From Camelus dromedarius (Eukaryota), in assembly GCF_036321535.1 (NCBI RefSeq), contig NC_087437.1, positions 74,960,001 to 75,024,000 on the forward strand: DNA of 64,000 bases, read 5' to 3'. Below, in pieces: positions 60,995 to 64,000 of this stretch. Position 1 is the stretch's first letter; each line of letters starts with the position of its first letter. The notes under the pieces are model-generated. The model made no database searches, had not been told where the DNA came from, and saw only the letters and a program-made list of their open reading frames with translations. Position numbers and translations under genes: made by a program.

Positions 60995-63900
60995 GTGAAT
61001 TAGCTACTTACCCTGCACTCGCTTTTCTTACAGAGCAGGAGTAGTGGGGAGGGGGGGTTGCCATTCAGACAAAAGCATGAACACTTCAAGCAAACCTTGC
61101 TTGTGATCTTATTGCAACTTTGTAATTTGATCCGTGCATACAATTCAATTGAGTAAATATTTATTGATCATATTTATATTTAATGCACAGTGGTTGACAC
61201 CTTGGGATATATAAAGAAGAGTAAAGGGAGATAAAAGGAAAAAATGGGCAAATATGAGAAGAGGGATCTTCTGTTCGCTCTGGGATATGTGCTAGTAATG
61301 AATTCCTTTCTACTGGATCTTTCTCATCAGCCTACGAATAAACTTAAGTTTTCCCTACGATAGAAAAATCCTTCCTTCAAATATGCCATCTTCTATCAGA
61401 TTTTTCCTTCCCTTTGACTATACATTTCTGGGAAGTGTTGTCCATACTCGCTTCCATTTCTGCTTTCTCTCCTTTTCTACATTTCTGCTCATTTCTCCAT
61501 CTTCTTCTGCCCTAAAACCTGGGTTCCTGTTTATCTCAGAAGCTACACTTCTTCAGAGGCAGCAGTGAGGAGGGAAGACAGACATTCCAAGAGGAGGGAG
61601 AGTGCTTACACCAAGCGGTTGTAATCTGTAAACTGGCAGGTGGGCGTATTGATTTGAGATTGAGGGAGCATATCCAGGAATGGTCCTTGAAAAACAAAAA
61701 GTTTGGAATTATGGAATACATGCTGTTAGTAAGAGATTAAAAAGGGAGTAGGGGAGGGGAGGGGATGGGAGCCATGGTTGTCACCAATCTGCAGAATGAA
61801 TCTGCATGTCATGGGTCACTTCTTGTCGTGGACACTAGAAGGCAGTAGAGACCCATGCTGAGTGTGGCAGTCTGCATTAGTCTAATGTGGCCGCTTGGCC
61901 TGGCAGGATGTGATGAGGAGGCCGGGAAGTTCAAATAAAATCATCACTATGAATGAACCAAACCTTGGACAAGAGTATAATTCTCTGAAAAACAATTTGG
62001 AAATGTATCAAGAGCATCGATCTTCCTCTTAAGGAAGATCTGCCTCATGTCAGTCTCAAGTCAGTATGTTCACTTACTTGTTTACCAAGACCAAAGCCAT
62101 TTGGTGTGTTATCATCCATGTTTAGGTCTACATGGATAGAGAATAAAGTAAGTCTGTTCAGGTGAAAGCTTGCAAGGAACGGATTCAGACTACCCACAGT
62201 TGGTCAGGAAGCTAAGTGAAACTAGAAAAGAACCAGAAAAACAGAGAGAGTAGGGCCTGTTGAAGGCAGTAGAAACCTCATTTGGAATATGCACCTGAAA
62301 ATAATGATCATCAAACAGGAGAAATGCTGGAGGTTTTACTCGGTTTTGTTTTCATTTTTAATCTTAGCATTGCTGCGGGTGGCAGGAATTGGAGTAGAGA
62401 GGATATACCCACTCAACCCAGGCGCGAACCATTGATCAAAGGGTGAGAATTCTGGAAGTAGACAGAACACCAGGGATGTTTAAGACGTAGCATCATAAGT
62501 GAATTCCAAAAGGAAGGGTCAAGACTGAAAAGTCTCTCTGGATCCTGCTTCTAGTGCTGGTGGTGGGGGAAGAGGAAAAGTGACTTCTTGTAGAGAAGGG
62601 TGAGATGGCAGTTTCCTTAAGAGGCTCAGTTTGAGGAGACAGATGACATGTTCCAGAAAACAAGAAAATGGTGCAAGACTTTTCCTGTCTATGCAGTTTC
62701 CCCAAGAACAAAGTGTAAGAGACCAATAAAATGGGGAATGTGGTTGGAAGGAGCCAGAAAATAGAGCCTGGTTGAAAAAGGATGCGAATCTGCAAGAGAG
62801 ACGGTGTTGGGCTGAGGCAGTGACTGAGGTTACCTACACTAGGGAGATGAGCTCTTCGACCTGCAGGAATATGTCAGGAGAGAAGGCATGCCTGGTGGTT
62901 TCTGGAATAGCTTACAGAACTAATCACACAAATCGCTTCCCTGATACAAAAACTTGTAATTTAAGAAAATATGTATCACTGGCTTTTAACAAGTGAAGAC
63001 ATCAAATAAACTAGTTGCATTTTGACATAACAATGAACCACTGTTTCTTGGCAAGTGCAGATACAGAATTAAAACTAATAAAATTTGTTTTTATATGGAA
63101 ACCACTGGAAGCTATTATCTCATCAAGGGACTTCAGAGTCATTCCATGTATCAAGAAAAAGATGCTAAAATTGTACTACTGGACAAAGACAGCCCAGTGC
63201 CCCAGAGGCCAAGGAAGGGAAAGAAATGAAGACGTAGAGGGTTGATATTTGCAGAAGGGTAAAAGGATTTCTGCCTGTATTTGACAGAGAATGAGATGCT
63301 TCACTCACACATAAAGGGGAAGTTCGCATCACAGAGGAGGCTGTCTATTCACATTTGTATAAGCCTAAGTATACAGACCTCAAATAATTCTTTTATTATC
63401 ATTGTTATAAAAAAATCAGTGTTGGTAGAAATAGAGATGTTCAAGTAGGTGCATCAGAATAGTGTTGCTATGTGCCAACATTTTTTTCCATCTCTCAAAA
63501 TAAAAAGCAAGCATACCGTTGGTATCCAATGATCCAAATGAATACTGAGACCAAAGATAAAGAAGACCCCAGCACACCAAGATGCAACCAGAAACACTTC
63601 AGGAACATACATGAAAATCCCAAATGGGCTGCAAATAATTTGTGTAAGAATGACCAACATCAGATCTGCTGAAACAGAAAAATGCACAACAGCTATGAAT
63701 TCTTCTATATGTAATCATCGTGGTAGTTAGCAAATCAAAGAAGATTAATCGAAAGAGGGGTGTAGGATAAAAGCTAGGAAAGTTAAAAAAAAATCAAGAG
63801 CTATAAACTTCACGAAGGAAGTACTACTTCTGTGCTCTGTACTTTGGTATTTCCTGTGCTCTCACACTTCCTGGCACACAGTAGGTGCTCTGTAAATAGT

Positions 63901-64000
63901 TGTAAAGTGAATGAGTGTCTGACAAGAAGATGTCGTATGAAAAGCAAAGGAAGAAGTAAAGAAGAAACAAGCAAAGTGTGCAATGCTGTATGCAGGAAGA

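Noticed and set aside
60995..64000. GUCA1C exon 4 (GELTLEEF...)
   Set aside because: No match seen; it probably lies beyond the window or is deleted
1..64000. CRISPR array, operon or novel multi-gene system
   Set aside because: Eukaryotic intron-rich DNA with no repeat-spacer array; all convincing coding signal is explained by MORC1, GUCA1C and L1

Overview
Mammalian genomic DNA, most likely from a camelid (inferred from the tRNA-derived SINE family and the L1 3' ends). The + strand carries the last seven coding exons of MORC1 (6584-31631), a germline transposon-silencing GHKL ATPase gene. About 4 kb downstream, head-to-tail, lies a heavily disabled intron-containing pseudogene of GUCA1C/GCAP3: exons 1-3 at 35758-35960, ~55055-55209 and 60908-60994 carry five in-frame stops, four frameshifts and two dead splice acceptors, and exon 4 was not found in the window. 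MORC1's last exon appears to carry a +1 insertion that stops translation early and leaves the ancestral 23-codon tail intact out of frame. The rest is intronic or intergenic: a young 2.5-kb 5'-truncated L1 with a perfect 15-bp TSD, a tight cluster of solo ERV LTRs, SINEs, MIR/L2/L1M/HAL1 fragments, MER DNA transposons and microsatellites. Gene identities come from comparison with human protein sequences recalled from memory, not from a database search. I see no evidence of a novel multi-gene system. The best leads are the GUCA1C loss, the MORC1 tail frameshift and candidate regulatory motif clusters inside the pseudogene.
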